From assembly GCA_035504945.1 (NCBI GenBank), contig DATJRH010000032.1:91839-155838 (forward strand): 64,000 nt of DNA. Reading direction: 5' to 3'. The position numbers and the translations under genes are program-made. Source of the stretch: Candidatus Aquilonibacter sp. Its GTDB lineage: Bacteria > Verrucomicrobiota > Verrucomicrobiia > Limisphaerales > UBA11358. Under the pieces are notes generated by a model. The model saw only the letters and a list, made by a program, of their open reading frames with translations, was not told the DNA's origin and searched no databases. Below are positions 1 through 8,400 of this stretch, piece by piece (the stretch's first letter is position 1; every line of letters starts with the position of its first letter).

Positions 1-1
1 C

Positions 2-655
2 CAGAAAGACGACGCATCCATCCGCAACGCAATCCACTTCAATACCATTGATGTCACCGCCAACCTGTCCGTCGCCTTCCTGATCAACGCCGCCATCCTG
101 GTGCTGGCCGCGATTGTCTTTTTCGGCAAAACTAGCGTCACTGTCGCTGGTGGACAGGTGGTTCAGTTCAACGATTCGACGGACTGGATTCAGGCGGCCA
201 ATCTGACTTTGGCGCCGCTACTGGGCACTGCTGCCGCAAGCATCCTTTTTGCCGTCGCCCTGCTGGCCAGCGGGCAAAGCGCCACTATTGTCGGCACGAT
301 GGCCGGCCAGGTGGTGATGGAAGGTTTCATGCGCTGGCGAATCAAGCCGTGGCTGCGGCGGCTCATCACCCGCTCACTGGCCATTATCCCCACGGCGATT
401 TTTATCGGCATCCGCGGAGCCGACAACATCAACGACTTGCTCGTCTTGAGCCAGGTGGTACTGGCGCTGCAACTACCGTTTGCGATGTTTCCGCTGTTGC
501 ATTTCGCCAGTTCCCGCAAAAGAATGGGCGTGTGGAAACTCGGCTGGTTTTTATTGATCGCCGGCTGGGGTTCGGCCCTGTTGATCACAACGTTCGACCT
601 GTATGGCCTGCCTGACACGTTCAAGCAGGCCTGGCAGGTGATCGCGGGGCATTGA
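2..655 (+). CDS. mntH: Nramp-family divalent metal cation (Mn2+/Fe2+) transporter, C-terminal ~217 aa; the 5' end lies outside the window
   Basis: The frame of the listed 101..655 ORF stays open back to nt 2. The sequence is very hydrophobic and multi-TM, with Nramp-like stretches (LLASGQSATIVGTMAGQVVMEGF, RRLITRSLAIIPT, QVVLALQLPFAMFPLL). Confidence 0.8.
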   Translation, partial: QKDDASIRNAIHFNTIDVTANLSVAFLINAAILVLAAIVFFGKTSVTVAGGQVVQFNDSTDWIQAANLTLAPLLGTAAASILFAVALLASGQSATIVGTMAGQVVMEGFMRWRIKPWLRRLITRSLAIIPTAIFIGIRGADNINDLLVLSQVVLALQLPFAMFPLLHFASSRKRMGVWKLGWFLLIAGWGSALLITTFDLYGLPDTFKQAWQVIAGH

Positions 656-664
656 TTATTTGCG

Positions 665-1081
665 ATGTATAATAAAATTCTAGTGACGTTGGACGCGACG
701 CCGACCGACCGTGCCATCATCGAGCACGTCAAACCGCTCGCCAAATGGGCGGACAGCCGCGTCGTGCTGCTGCATGTTGCTGACGGCTGGGCGGCGCGAA
801 CCTACGGGCCGGACGCGGTCAGCCCGGAAATCACCGAAGACACGGCGTATCTGGAAAAAGTCCGCGCCGAATTTCAAGCCGACGGAATTACCGCCGAGGC
901 CGAACTGGCTTATGGCGAGCCGGGCGATGAAATCGTCAAATGGGTGGAAACCAAAGGCTGCGATCTCGTGGCCATGAGCACGCACGGGCACGGTTTGCTC
1001 GCCGATTTGTTTTTGGGGAGCGCATCAAGGCGTGTCCGGCACGGCGTCAAAGTGCCGGTGCTCCTGCTGCGCGCGAGATAG
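665..1081 (+). CDS. Universal stress protein (UspA family)
   Basis: 138 aa with an ATG start. It has the Usp pattern: KILVTLD at the N-terminus, a DLVAMSTHGHG..LGS ATP-binding-type motif and a C-terminal PVLLL. Confidence 0.8.
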   Translation: MYNKILVTLDATPTDRAIIEHVKPLAKWADSRVVLLHVADGWAARTYGPDAVSPEITEDTAYLEKVRAEFQADGITAEAELAYGEPGDEIVKWVETKGCDLVAMSTHGHGLLADLFLGSASRRVRHGVKVPVLLLRAR

Positions 1082-1129
1082 TTTCGTAACGCAGACGTTC
1101 CCGTCCCGCGAACCTGGCGCCGCCATTTT

Positions 1130-1522
1130 TCATAATTTAAAATCCTTCGGCCGCTCGACCAGATGCAGCAAATTGCCCTCGCAGTCGGCGAAGAATAAAA
1201 TCCGCCCGCCGCCCGCCGCCGGACGGATTTCGCCGGTGAAATTCACGCCGCGCTTTTCCAATTCAGCTTTCGCCGCGTCCAACGAATCCACGCGCAAGGC
1301 GACATGGCGGAAGCCGGCGAGCTTGTTGTTGCCACGATTTTTCGGCGCGCCTTCCGCCGCGTAAATCTCAAACCAGCCGCCGCCCGGCAGCGAAATCAGC
1401 AGCGTCGGCGGATTCTGGCCATTGTTGAAAATTTCCCGCGCGCCGAGCACACGTTCATACCAGTTTTTCAGCGCGGTCGGATCGGGTGAAGGAATGGCGA
1501 TGTGATCAATGGAGATGTTCAT
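1130..1522 (-). CDS. Glyoxalase/bleomycin-resistance (VOC) family protein
   Basis: 130 aa, ATG start, TGA stop. It has VOC-like HIAIPSPD, GFRHVALRVDSLDAAKAEL and FFADCEGNLLHLVE segments. Confidence 0.7.
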   Translation of the reverse strand: MNISIDHIAIPSPDPTALKNWYERVLGAREIFNNGQNPPTLLISLPGGGWFEIYAAEGAPKNRGNNKLAGFRHVALRVDSLDAAKAELEKRGVNFTGEIRPAAGGGRILFFADCEGNLLHLVERPKDFKL

Positions 1523-1537
1523 GTTTAATCTTAACTG

Positions 1538-1573
1538 TAATCTTAATCTTGATCGCTGAAAAGATTAAGATTA
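1538..1573. repeat. Perfect 13-bp inverted repeat TAATCTTAATCTT-N10-AAGATTAAGATTA in the divergent VOC/eda spacer
   Basis: Read directly: 1538-1550 is the exact reverse complement of 1561-1573. A partial extra copy TTAATCTTAA lies at 1525-1534. The same 11-mer pair recurs at 60791-60849. Confidence 0.8.
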
Positions 1574-1631
1574 AAAGAAGAAAACCAGTTCACTTGCACG
1601 TTCAATTTTGTATCATGCGGGAACAAACTTT

Positions 1632-2267
1632 ATGAACGACGAATTTTTTCTCCAACAACGGCTCATCTGCGTCGCCGTGATTGACAAGACCGAAGACGCC
1701 GTGCCGCTGGCCGAGGCGCTGCTGGCCGGTGGACTGAACTGCATCGAAGTCACCTTCCGCACGGCGGGCGCGGCGGAATCAATCGCCGCGATTCGCAAAA
1801 GCGTCCCGCAAATTTCCGTCGGCGCGGGCACGCTGCTCACGACGGAAAACGTGAAGGCCGCCGCGGACGCCGGCGCGCAATTCGGCGTGTCACCCGGCTT
1901 GAATGAAGCGGTGGTGGCCACGGCGGGCAAAAACTGGATGCCTTTTTTCCCCGGCGTCATGACACCGACGGAAGTGGGCCGTGCGCTCGATCTCGGCTGC
2001 GACTATCTGAAATTTTTCCCCGCCGAAGCCGCCGGCGGCGTGACCATGCTTAAATCACTGGCCGGGCCGTTCGGCCATACGGGAGTAAAATTTATTCCGA
2101 CAGGCGGCATCAACGCCGCGGCGCTGCCGAATTATCTGGCTGTTCCGCAAGTCGCGGCGGTCGGCGGCTCGTGGATGGCCGAGCGCAAACTCGTCGCCGA
2201 AAAAGCGTGGGGTAAAATCACCGCGCTGACGGCGGAGGCGATGAAAATTATTTCCGCTGCAAAATAA
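1632..2267 (+). CDS. eda: 2-dehydro-3-deoxyphosphogluconate / 4-hydroxy-2-oxoglutarate aldolase
   Basis: KDPG-aldolase hallmarks: GLNCIEVTFRT, VGAGTLLT, FPGVMTPTE, LKFFPAE, FIPTGGI. The track ORF starts at a TTG (1608); the first ATG is at 1632. Confidence 0.85.
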   Translation: MNDEFFLQQRLICVAVIDKTEDAVPLAEALLAGGLNCIEVTFRTAGAAESIAAIRKSVPQISVGAGTLLTTENVKAAADAGAQFGVSPGLNEAVVATAGKNWMPFFPGVMTPTEVGRALDLGCDYLKFFPAEAAGGVTMLKSLAGPFGHTGVKFIPTGGINAAALPNYLAVPQVAAVGGSWMAERKLVAEKAWGKITALTAEAMKIISAAK

Positions 2268-2341
2268 ATCGTTTCGCGCGAAGACGGCGAAGTTGCGCGA
2301 AGATTTTTCCCGTCACAGCCTTCGCGTTCCTCACGCGACAT

Positions 2342-4783
2342 TTAATTTCCGATGGTGATTTGCAGCGGCTGGTCGCGGCGCTCGGCGAAGCGGCGGATGT
2401 AATCGTTCCACGACTTTGCATCCGGAAAATCGCCGCTCTCGCTCCAGCCCGCGCCGAGATAATAAACCAACGGCTTGCCGATTTCGACCTGCGTGATGGC
2501 AAGCAAATCGCGGATTGCCGGCTGGCCCTCCGTAAATGTGTGCGTCGGGGCGGTGAATTTGCTGGCGGGTAGATTCGGAAGATCATTGGTGAAAGTTTCG
2601 ATGCTGCCTTTCGGCAAAATGATGGCGACGGCGGTTACGCCTTTGGCAAAATCCTGCGGCTGCCAATAAGTCATCCAGCCTTCGTCCTGATTTTGCACGA
2701 CCAGACCTTTGGCCGTGCTGTTTTGCCAAGCATCCTCAAGCAGTGCATTATCCATTGTGACGATATTTTCTCCCGGCCTTTCTGCCAGGCCGACGCCAAT
2801 TTGCAGCGGCGATTTGTCGTCGCTGCTGAAAGTGCTTTCGACGCGGCTCATGTTCGAGCCGGCATCAATGCTAATGCGCTTCGTCTCGGAAACTTTCCGC
2901 CCGTCCGCGTCCCAAGCTTGATAAGTTAGTTCAAATTCCGAGCGAATCGGGCCGGTGGTGATGATTTTGTAACTCCACCAGTTGCTGGAGACAAAAAGTT
3001 TGCCGTCCTGCCAGACGCCCAGCCCGCCGTCGCCGCGCGTTTTGCCGACCTTGTAATCATCCTGCGACGGGCCGTTGAGGTTGTAATATTCGCCGGAACC
3101 ATACATCTGATTGACGATGAGATTGCGCGTGCGCTTGACCCAGACATCCACGCCGCTGCTGATGAGCGGTTCCTGCTTCCACGTTTCCAGCGCCTTGCCG
3201 AACATCCGGTGCGCGATGCGGTCGCTTTCCCACGCGAAATCGTCCTCACGTTCCGGCACGTAGCGCGCGAATGTTTTCACGATGGGCGGCGGCACGGCGG
3301 CCAAGGCGGAAGCGTCTAAAATGTAATACGTCCGCGTCTCGCCCGGCGCGAGGTCAACTTGGAATAATTTATTCACGGGAAGATTTGACTCAATTCCAGT
3401 GTAGGTTTGAGAATCTAAAATGCGCGAAGAGACGCCATCCATGACGATCATTTTTGAAATCTGGTCAGGGCTGAAACGAGAACGATTTTGTTTCCAAGAA
3501 GCTAATTGCAATTGCACAGTTTCACAATCGCGTCTGAAATTTGAAGGATTTGTAACCTTAACCAAAATTTCTCCAAAAGGAGCAGACTGTGTAAGTTCGC
3601 TTGAACTTCTGCTTTGCAAAACCGCCATCCGATAAACCTCGCTGCCCGCGAGCAAAAATGCGCCAACGCCGAAAGGTTCGGTTGAATCGGCGGCGAAATT
3701 TCTCGGATCCTGGCCGATAGGCTGGACGTGCGTGAGTTTGCCGTCGGCATTTACGCAGCCGACGAGCGCCGTCCAGCCTTTGCGCACGGCCGGCTCAAAT
3801 TTCGCGCGGTCGAGCAGCCCTTGGTTCACACCCCACGCGAGCGAATAGGTGAAAAGCGCTGAGCCGCTGGATTCCTTTTCCGGAAAATCATCCGGGTCGA
3901 GCAGACTCGGGCGCCAGAGTCCATCGGGCTGTTGCAGCGAGAGGATTTTTGCCGCCATGTCCTTGAACAACTGCTCGAAACGTGGCCGGTCGGGATGATT
4001 CACTGGCAGATATTGCAGCATCCGCACAAGCCCGGCCATGACCCAGCCGTTGCCGCGGCTCCAGAAAACCTTCTGCCCGTTTGCCTCCTCTTTGTCAAAG
4101 TAGGTGCTGTCGCGGTAAAAGAGATGCTCGTTGGTGTCACAAAGATAATCCGCCGTGCGCCACCAGTTCGTCACGGCGAAATTGAGATAACGCTCGTCGC
4201 CGGTCGCAGCGTAAAGGCGGATCCACGTCGGCGGCCCCATGAACAGCGAGTCGCACCACGTCCAGTTCTTCCTCTCTCCGGTCGGCAACCGGACATAGTC
4301 GAGGGTCTTCACCTCGGACGGATTGGCGAGAATGGCGTCAAATCGTTCGCGCAGCGGCGCGATCATTTTCGGGTCGCGATAGAGAAAGTAAAGTTCCGCA
4401 TAAGTCTGGCCGACGCAATGATCGTCAGCGTCATAAAACAGCGGGCCGAGTTTCCAATCATTCGTCTCGCCCATCGCGAGCATCGCGTCACGGTATTTGG
4501 CGTCGCCGGAAATCCCAACCAGCGCCATCATCCCCGCGTCACCCACACCCCAAACCCAGTCAGTCGGCGGATGTTGGTTGTCATTCGCATGCGCGAGCTG
4601 CCAGTCGGCGACATGTTGCATGGCATTGAGAACGGCCTGCGGCGTGATGTCGGTGGAGAACGCCGGTGAATTGGTCTGCGAAGTTTCATTTGCGGAACCG
4701 GCCTGCGAGCGCGGCCCGCAACCTGCGGCGAGAACAAGAATGGCCATAACAAAAAAGATTTGCCTCCTAAAAATGAATTTCAT
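2342..4783 (-). CDS. Lipoprotein fusing an N-terminal GH88/GH105 unsaturated (rhamno)galacturonyl/glucuronyl hydrolase domain to a C-terminal DUF4861 domain
   Basis: The N-terminal half has YteR/GH88-fold motifs (WTWCDSLFMGPP, FWSRGNGWVMAGL). The C-terminal ~400 aa resembles DUF4861 (DDFAWESDRIAHRMFG, GVDVWVKR). The ATG at 4783 gives the signal MKFIFRRQIFFVMAILVLAAGC (lipobox); the track start at 4819 is a TTG. Confidence 0.7.
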   Translation of the reverse strand: MKFIFRRQIFFVMAILVLAAGCGPRSQAGSANETSQTNSPAFSTDITPQAVLNAMQHVADWQLAHANDNQHPPTDWVWGVGDAGMMALVGISGDAKYRDAMLAMGETNDWKLGPLFYDADDHCVGQTYAELYFLYRDPKMIAPLRERFDAILANPSEVKTLDYVRLPTGERKNWTWCDSLFMGPPTWIRLYAATGDERYLNFAVTNWWRTADYLCDTNEHLFYRDSTYFDKEEANGQKVFWSRGNGWVMAGLVRMLQYLPVNHPDRPRFEQLFKDMAAKILSLQQPDGLWRPSLLDPDDFPEKESSGSALFTYSLAWGVNQGLLDRAKFEPAVRKGWTALVGCVNADGKLTHVQPIGQDPRNFAADSTEPFGVGAFLLAGSEVYRMAVLQSRSSSELTQSAPFGEILVKVTNPSNFRRDCETVQLQLASWKQNRSRFSPDQISKMIVMDGVSSRILDSQTYTGIESNLPVNKLFQVDLAPGETRTYYILDASALAAVPPPIVKTFARYVPEREDDFAWESDRIAHRMFGKALETWKQEPLISSGVDVWVKRTRNLIVNQMYGSGEYYNLNGPSQDDYKVGKTRGDGGLGVWQDGKLFVSSNWWSYKIITTGPIRSEFELTYQAWDADGRKVSETKRISIDAGSNMSRVESTFSSDDKSPLQIGVGLAERPGENIVTMDNALLEDAWQNSTAKGLVVQNQDEGWMTYWQPQDFAKGVTAVAIILPKGSIETFTNDLPNLPASKFTAPTHTFTEGQPAIRDLLAITQVEIGKPLVYYLGAGWSESGDFPDAKSWNDYIRRFAERRDQPLQITIGN

Positions 4784-4871
4784 GCGGGAAAAATTGCCGT
4801 CAAAACGCAATTGAAGCAATGGAAAACTGAATTCCGATTGACCGCGCGGGCAAAAAAATTAAACTGCCATC

Positions 4872-5708
4872 ATGTTCGAAAACACCATCCGCCGGATGCC
4901 GCGCCCGCAGGACGCGCAGCGCATGAACACGCAGGAACTGCGCGACACCTTTCAAATTTCCAGCCTCTTCGCGCCGGGCGAACTCACCGCCCATTTCACC
5001 GACCTCGACCGGCTCGTCGTCGGCGGCGTGATGCCGGCGGCCAAGCCCGTCGAATTGCCGAACCACAAGGAAACCGGCCGCGCGTTTTTCCTCGAACGCC
5101 GCGAGCTGGGCGCGATCAACGTCGGCGGCGCCGGCAAAGTCGTCGCGGACGGGAAATGCTTTTCGCTCGAAAAGCTGGACTGCGTTTATCTGCCGATGGG
5201 AACGAAAGCGGTTTCCTTCGCCAGCGACGACGCAAAGAATCCGGCGAAATTTTATTTTCTGTCGTGCCCCGCGCACGCGGCGCATCCGGTGGCAACGATG
5301 AAATCCGCCGACGCCACACCGGTGGCGCTCGGCTCGCAGGAAGCGTCCAACCGGCGCACCATTTACAAGTTCATCCATCAGGGCGGCATCCAAAGCTGTC
5401 AACTCGTGATGGGCCTGACCGCGCTGGAACCGGGCAACGTCTGGAATTCCTTCCCGCCGCACACGCACTGGCGGCGCACGGAGATTTATTTTTACTTCGA
5501 CCTCGGCGCGAACGTGCTGACGCATTTTCTCGGCGAACCGCGGCAGACGCGGCACCTGTTTTTGCACAACGAAGACGTGGCCCTGTCGCCGAACTGGTCC
5601 ATCCACTGCGGTTGCGGCACGGGCAATTACAAATTCATCTGGGGCATGGCTGGCGAAAACCAGGTGTTCGACGACATGGACCCGGCTAGGCCGCTGGATT
5701 TGCGGTGA
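4872..5708 (+). CDS. kduI: 5-dehydro-4-deoxy-D-glucuronate isomerase
   Basis: 278 aa. It looks full-length KduI-like, with the cupin metal site PPHTHWRRTEIYFYF and GENQVFDDMD near the C-terminus. Confidence 0.9.
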   Translation: MFENTIRRMPRPQDAQRMNTQELRDTFQISSLFAPGELTAHFTDLDRLVVGGVMPAAKPVELPNHKETGRAFFLERRELGAINVGGAGKVVADGKCFSLEKLDCVYLPMGTKAVSFASDDAKNPAKFYFLSCPAHAAHPVATMKSADATPVALGSQEASNRRTIYKFIHQGGIQSCQLVMGLTALEPGNVWNSFPPHTHWRRTEIYFYFDLGANVLTHFLGEPRQTRHLFLHNEDVALSPNWSIHCGCGTGNYKFIWGMAGENQVFDDMDPARPLDLR

Positions 5709-5714
5709 ACAAAA

Positions 5715-5779
5715 GCCGCAGATGAACACAGATGTTCAGAACGAAATTTATCTGTGTTTCATTTGTGAAAATCTGTGGC
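5715..5779 (+). repeat. Nested imperfect hairpin built from CACAGAT/ATCTGTG words between kduI and kduD
   Basis: GCCGCAGAT (5715-5723) pairs with ATCTGTGGC (5771-5779, one G.U pair). GAACACAGAT (5724-5733) pairs with ATCTGTGTTT (5750-5759, 9 of 10 positions). Confidence 0.6.
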
Positions 5780-5794
5780 TAAACAATTGATTTT

Positions 5795-6577
5795 ATGAAC
5801 ACAAAACGATTCGAAAACAAAGTGGCCATCGTCACCGGCGCGTGCCGGGGCATCGGCCAGGCCATCGCGCTGGCGTTTGCGCGCGAAGGCGCCACGGTCG
5901 TCAGCATTTGCGTCGGCGACCCGGCGAACATCAGCGCCAAAATGAAAAGCCTCGGCGCCAAATTCATTCCTTACACCGAAGATTTTGGCAAGCTCAACCA
6001 GAAACGCGCATTTGAATTGATCGCGCAGGCCGTGAAGGACGCGGGCCGCGTGGACGTGCTGGTCAACAACGCCGGCATCATCAAACGCGCGCCGATTGTG
6101 GACCATCCGGAGGCGGACTGGAACGCGGTGCTGCAAATCAATTTGTCCGCGCCGTTTTTCCTGACGCAGGCCGTCGCCAAATGGTGGGTCGCCGGCGGAC
6201 GCGACGCTTCGCCCGCCGACGCACGGCTCAAGGTCGTGAACATCGCCTCCATGCTGTCGTTTCAGGGCGGCATTTTCGTGCCCGGCTACACCGCGAGCAA
6301 AAGCGGCATCGCCGGCATCACCAAGGCGTTCGCCAACGAACTGGCCAGGGAACGCGCCAACTTCAACGCCGTCGCGCCCGGCTACATCGCCACGGACAAC
6401 ACCAAGGCGCTGCGCGAAGACCCGGTCCGCAGCAAGGCGATTCTCGACCGCATTCCCGAAGCGCGCTGGGGTTCGCCGGAGGACATCGCCGGCGCGATTT
6501 TGTTTCTCGCCTCGAAGGACGCCGATTATCTGAACGGCACGATCATGAACGTGGACGGCGGCTGGCTCGCGCGGTGA
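5795..6577 (+). CDS. kduD: 2-dehydro-3-deoxy-D-gluconate 5-dehydrogenase (SDR)
   Basis: 260 aa SDR with TGACRGIG, NNAG and the YTASK catalytic motif. It lies immediately downstream of kduI. Confidence 0.85.
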   Translation: MNTKRFENKVAIVTGACRGIGQAIALAFAREGATVVSICVGDPANISAKMKSLGAKFIPYTEDFGKLNQKRAFELIAQAVKDAGRVDVLVNNAGIIKRAPIVDHPEADWNAVLQINLSAPFFLTQAVAKWWVAGGRDASPADARLKVVNIASMLSFQGGIFVPGYTASKSGIAGITKAFANELARERANFNAVAPGYIATDNTKALREDPVRSKAILDRIPEARWGSPEDIAGAILFLASKDADYLNGTIMNVDGGWLAR

Positions 6578-6594
6578 AATTCTTTTAGTGCCGG

Positions 6595-8400
6595 TCACGC
6601 GCCGTTTTTTGACGCAGGCGGCGGCGCGAGCTTCTTCCCTTTCCATCGCAAGAGGAGTCCAACGCCGACGATGAGGACGCCGCAGCAGATGAAAGCGAGC
6701 CGGCCTTCGAACGGATTGGGGATCGCCGCGAGCAGCATCACAAATCCGCCATAGGGGATGCTCAACCAAGCCACCGTGTTCAATTGCGCATAATCTATCT
6801 TCCGGGTCTGTTCGGGATCGGAAATCACCACCGGCGTGTGCAGCCGTTCGAAAAATTCCTCCTCTTGTTTTGTGTATTCCGGTGAATTAAACTGGGCAAA
6901 CAGCGCCGAGCTGAGGAACCAAACGGAAGTCGCTATCACGGTGACGAAGGTGCCGCCGATCAGCGTATAGTCAGCCATTTCATCTTTCTGGAGCGGGGAG
7001 CCAAGCCCCACCAGGTGCTGGAAAATCACCGGGCTTTCGCTCCAGGATTTGAAAATCAACGCGGAGAGAAATCCGACGAGCACCGTGCTCCAACCGGCCC
7101 ATGGCGGCGTGCGCTTGATGACGATGCCCCAAATCAGCGGCATGATGAACGGCAAGGCCACCATCGCGCTGAACGAATTCATCACGTCGAAAATGTCGCT
7201 GCCGAGCAACGAAATGATGTAAGCCGCGACAATAATCAGGATGCCAAACACGAACGAGGAAACCCGGCCTGCGACCATGTATTCGGCTTCGCTGGCGTGT
7301 TTGCGCAGGAGCGGCCGGTAAAAATTTTGGACGAATATGGCGGCGTTCTTGTTCAGGCCGGTGTCCATGTTGGCCATCGTCGCGGCGAAAATCGCGCTCA
7401 TCATCAGGCCGATCATGCCCACCGGCATGTAGTTGATGCCGATGGCCACATACGCGCCGTCGGCGGGGTGCGGAAGACCATGCAGTTGCGGAACAGCCGC
7501 GAGGTCAGGATAAAGAATCTTGGCCGCCATCGGCGGAATGAACCAGATGATGGGACCAATCGTGAAAAGAATCGCGGCCAGCAGCGACGCCCGGCTGGCG
7601 TTTTTGGAATCCTTCGCGCACAAAAACCGGTCCGCATCCTTCATGTCGTTGCTCGTGCAGATTTGTTTCAGGAAAAAAGCCGCGATCCACAACCACACGA
7701 TGGTCATGCGATGGGTCTCCGACGGATGCAGATAGTTGCTGGGTAGATGATTGAAAAAAGCCGATACGCTGTGGAGGAAACCGCCGCTGCCATAATGATG
7801 GCCGACCGCCTGGATGGACAGCACGGCCGTCACCAGCGTGAGGCACATGAGAATCACCATTTGCAGAAAGGCCGATGCCACGACCGCCCACGCGCCGCCG
7901 AGAAAGGAAACAATCAGCACGACCATTCCCACGACCACGATGGTCATGGTCATGTTCATGCCGAAAACCGTCGAGACAAACGTGCTGACCGAGTAGAGCC
8001 AGATGGCGGCGTAGACGATGCCGATGGGGATCCAGACCCAGGTGAAGAATTGTTCGTTGAATTTGCCGAACCGGTCGCGCACGCCTTCCATCGGCGTCAC
8101 CACGCGCATTTGCCGGAATTTCTTGGCGGACCAAAGATAGGCGATGAATGCGCCGAGACCGTTGCCAAGATAAATGGCCAGCACGAGAAATCCGTCGGTG
8201 TAGGCCTTGTTGGCGGCGCCGATGAAGGTCCACGAACTGAACTGCGACATGAACGCCATGGCGCCGACCATCCACCAAAGCACGTTGCCGCCGCCGCGGA
8301 AGAAGTCGCTCGAATTCTTGCTGAACTTCTTAAAGACCAATCCAATACACGCGACGAAAACGAGGTAGATCGCGATAACGGCGTAGTCGTAATAACTCAC
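6595..8400 (-). CDS. Sodium:solute symporter (SSS/SLC5) family transporter
   Basis: 601 aa with about 13-14 hydrophobic segments and an SSS N-terminus (YDYAVIAIYLVFVACIG..SDFFRGGG). The GTG start overlaps the TGA of the upstream DUF2264 gene (GTGA). Confidence 0.85.
   Translation of the reverse strand: MSYYDYAVIAIYLVFVACIGLVFKKFSKNSSDFFRGGGNVLWWMVGAMAFMSQFSSWTFIGAANKAYTDGFLVLAIYLGNGLGAFIAYLWSAKKFRQMRVVTPMEGVRDRFGKFNEQFFTWVWIPIGIVYAAIWLYSVSTFVSTVFGMNMTMTIVVVGMVVLIVSFLGGAWAVVASAFLQMVILMCLTLVTAVLSIQAVGHHYGSGGFLHSVSAFFNHLPSNYLHPSETHRMTIVWLWIAAFFLKQICTSNDMKDADRFLCAKDSKNASRASLLAAILFTIGPIIWFIPPMAAKILYPDLAAVPQLHGLPHPADGAYVAIGINYMPVGMIGLMMSAIFAATMANMDTGLNKNAAIFVQNFYRPLLRKHASEAEYMVAGRVSSFVFGILIIVAAYIISLLGSDIFDVMNSFSAMVALPFIMPLIWGIVIKRTPPWAGWSTVLVGFLSALIFKSWSESPVIFQHLVGLGSPLQKDEMADYTLIGGTFVTVIATSVWFLSSALFAQFNSPEYTKQEEEFFERLHTPVVISDPEQTRKIDYAQLNTVAWLSIPYGGFVMLLAAIPNPFEGRLAFICCGVLIVGVGLLLRWKGKKLAPPPASKNGA

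Noticed and set aside
4760-5729. Two 309-aa ORFs (4760..5689 + and 4800..5729 -) overlapping kduI
   Set aside because: They lie in alternate or antisense frames of a gene that looks KduI-like along its whole length. Their products are Arg/Gly/Pro/Ala-rich and low in complexity, which is typical of high-GC third-position bias.
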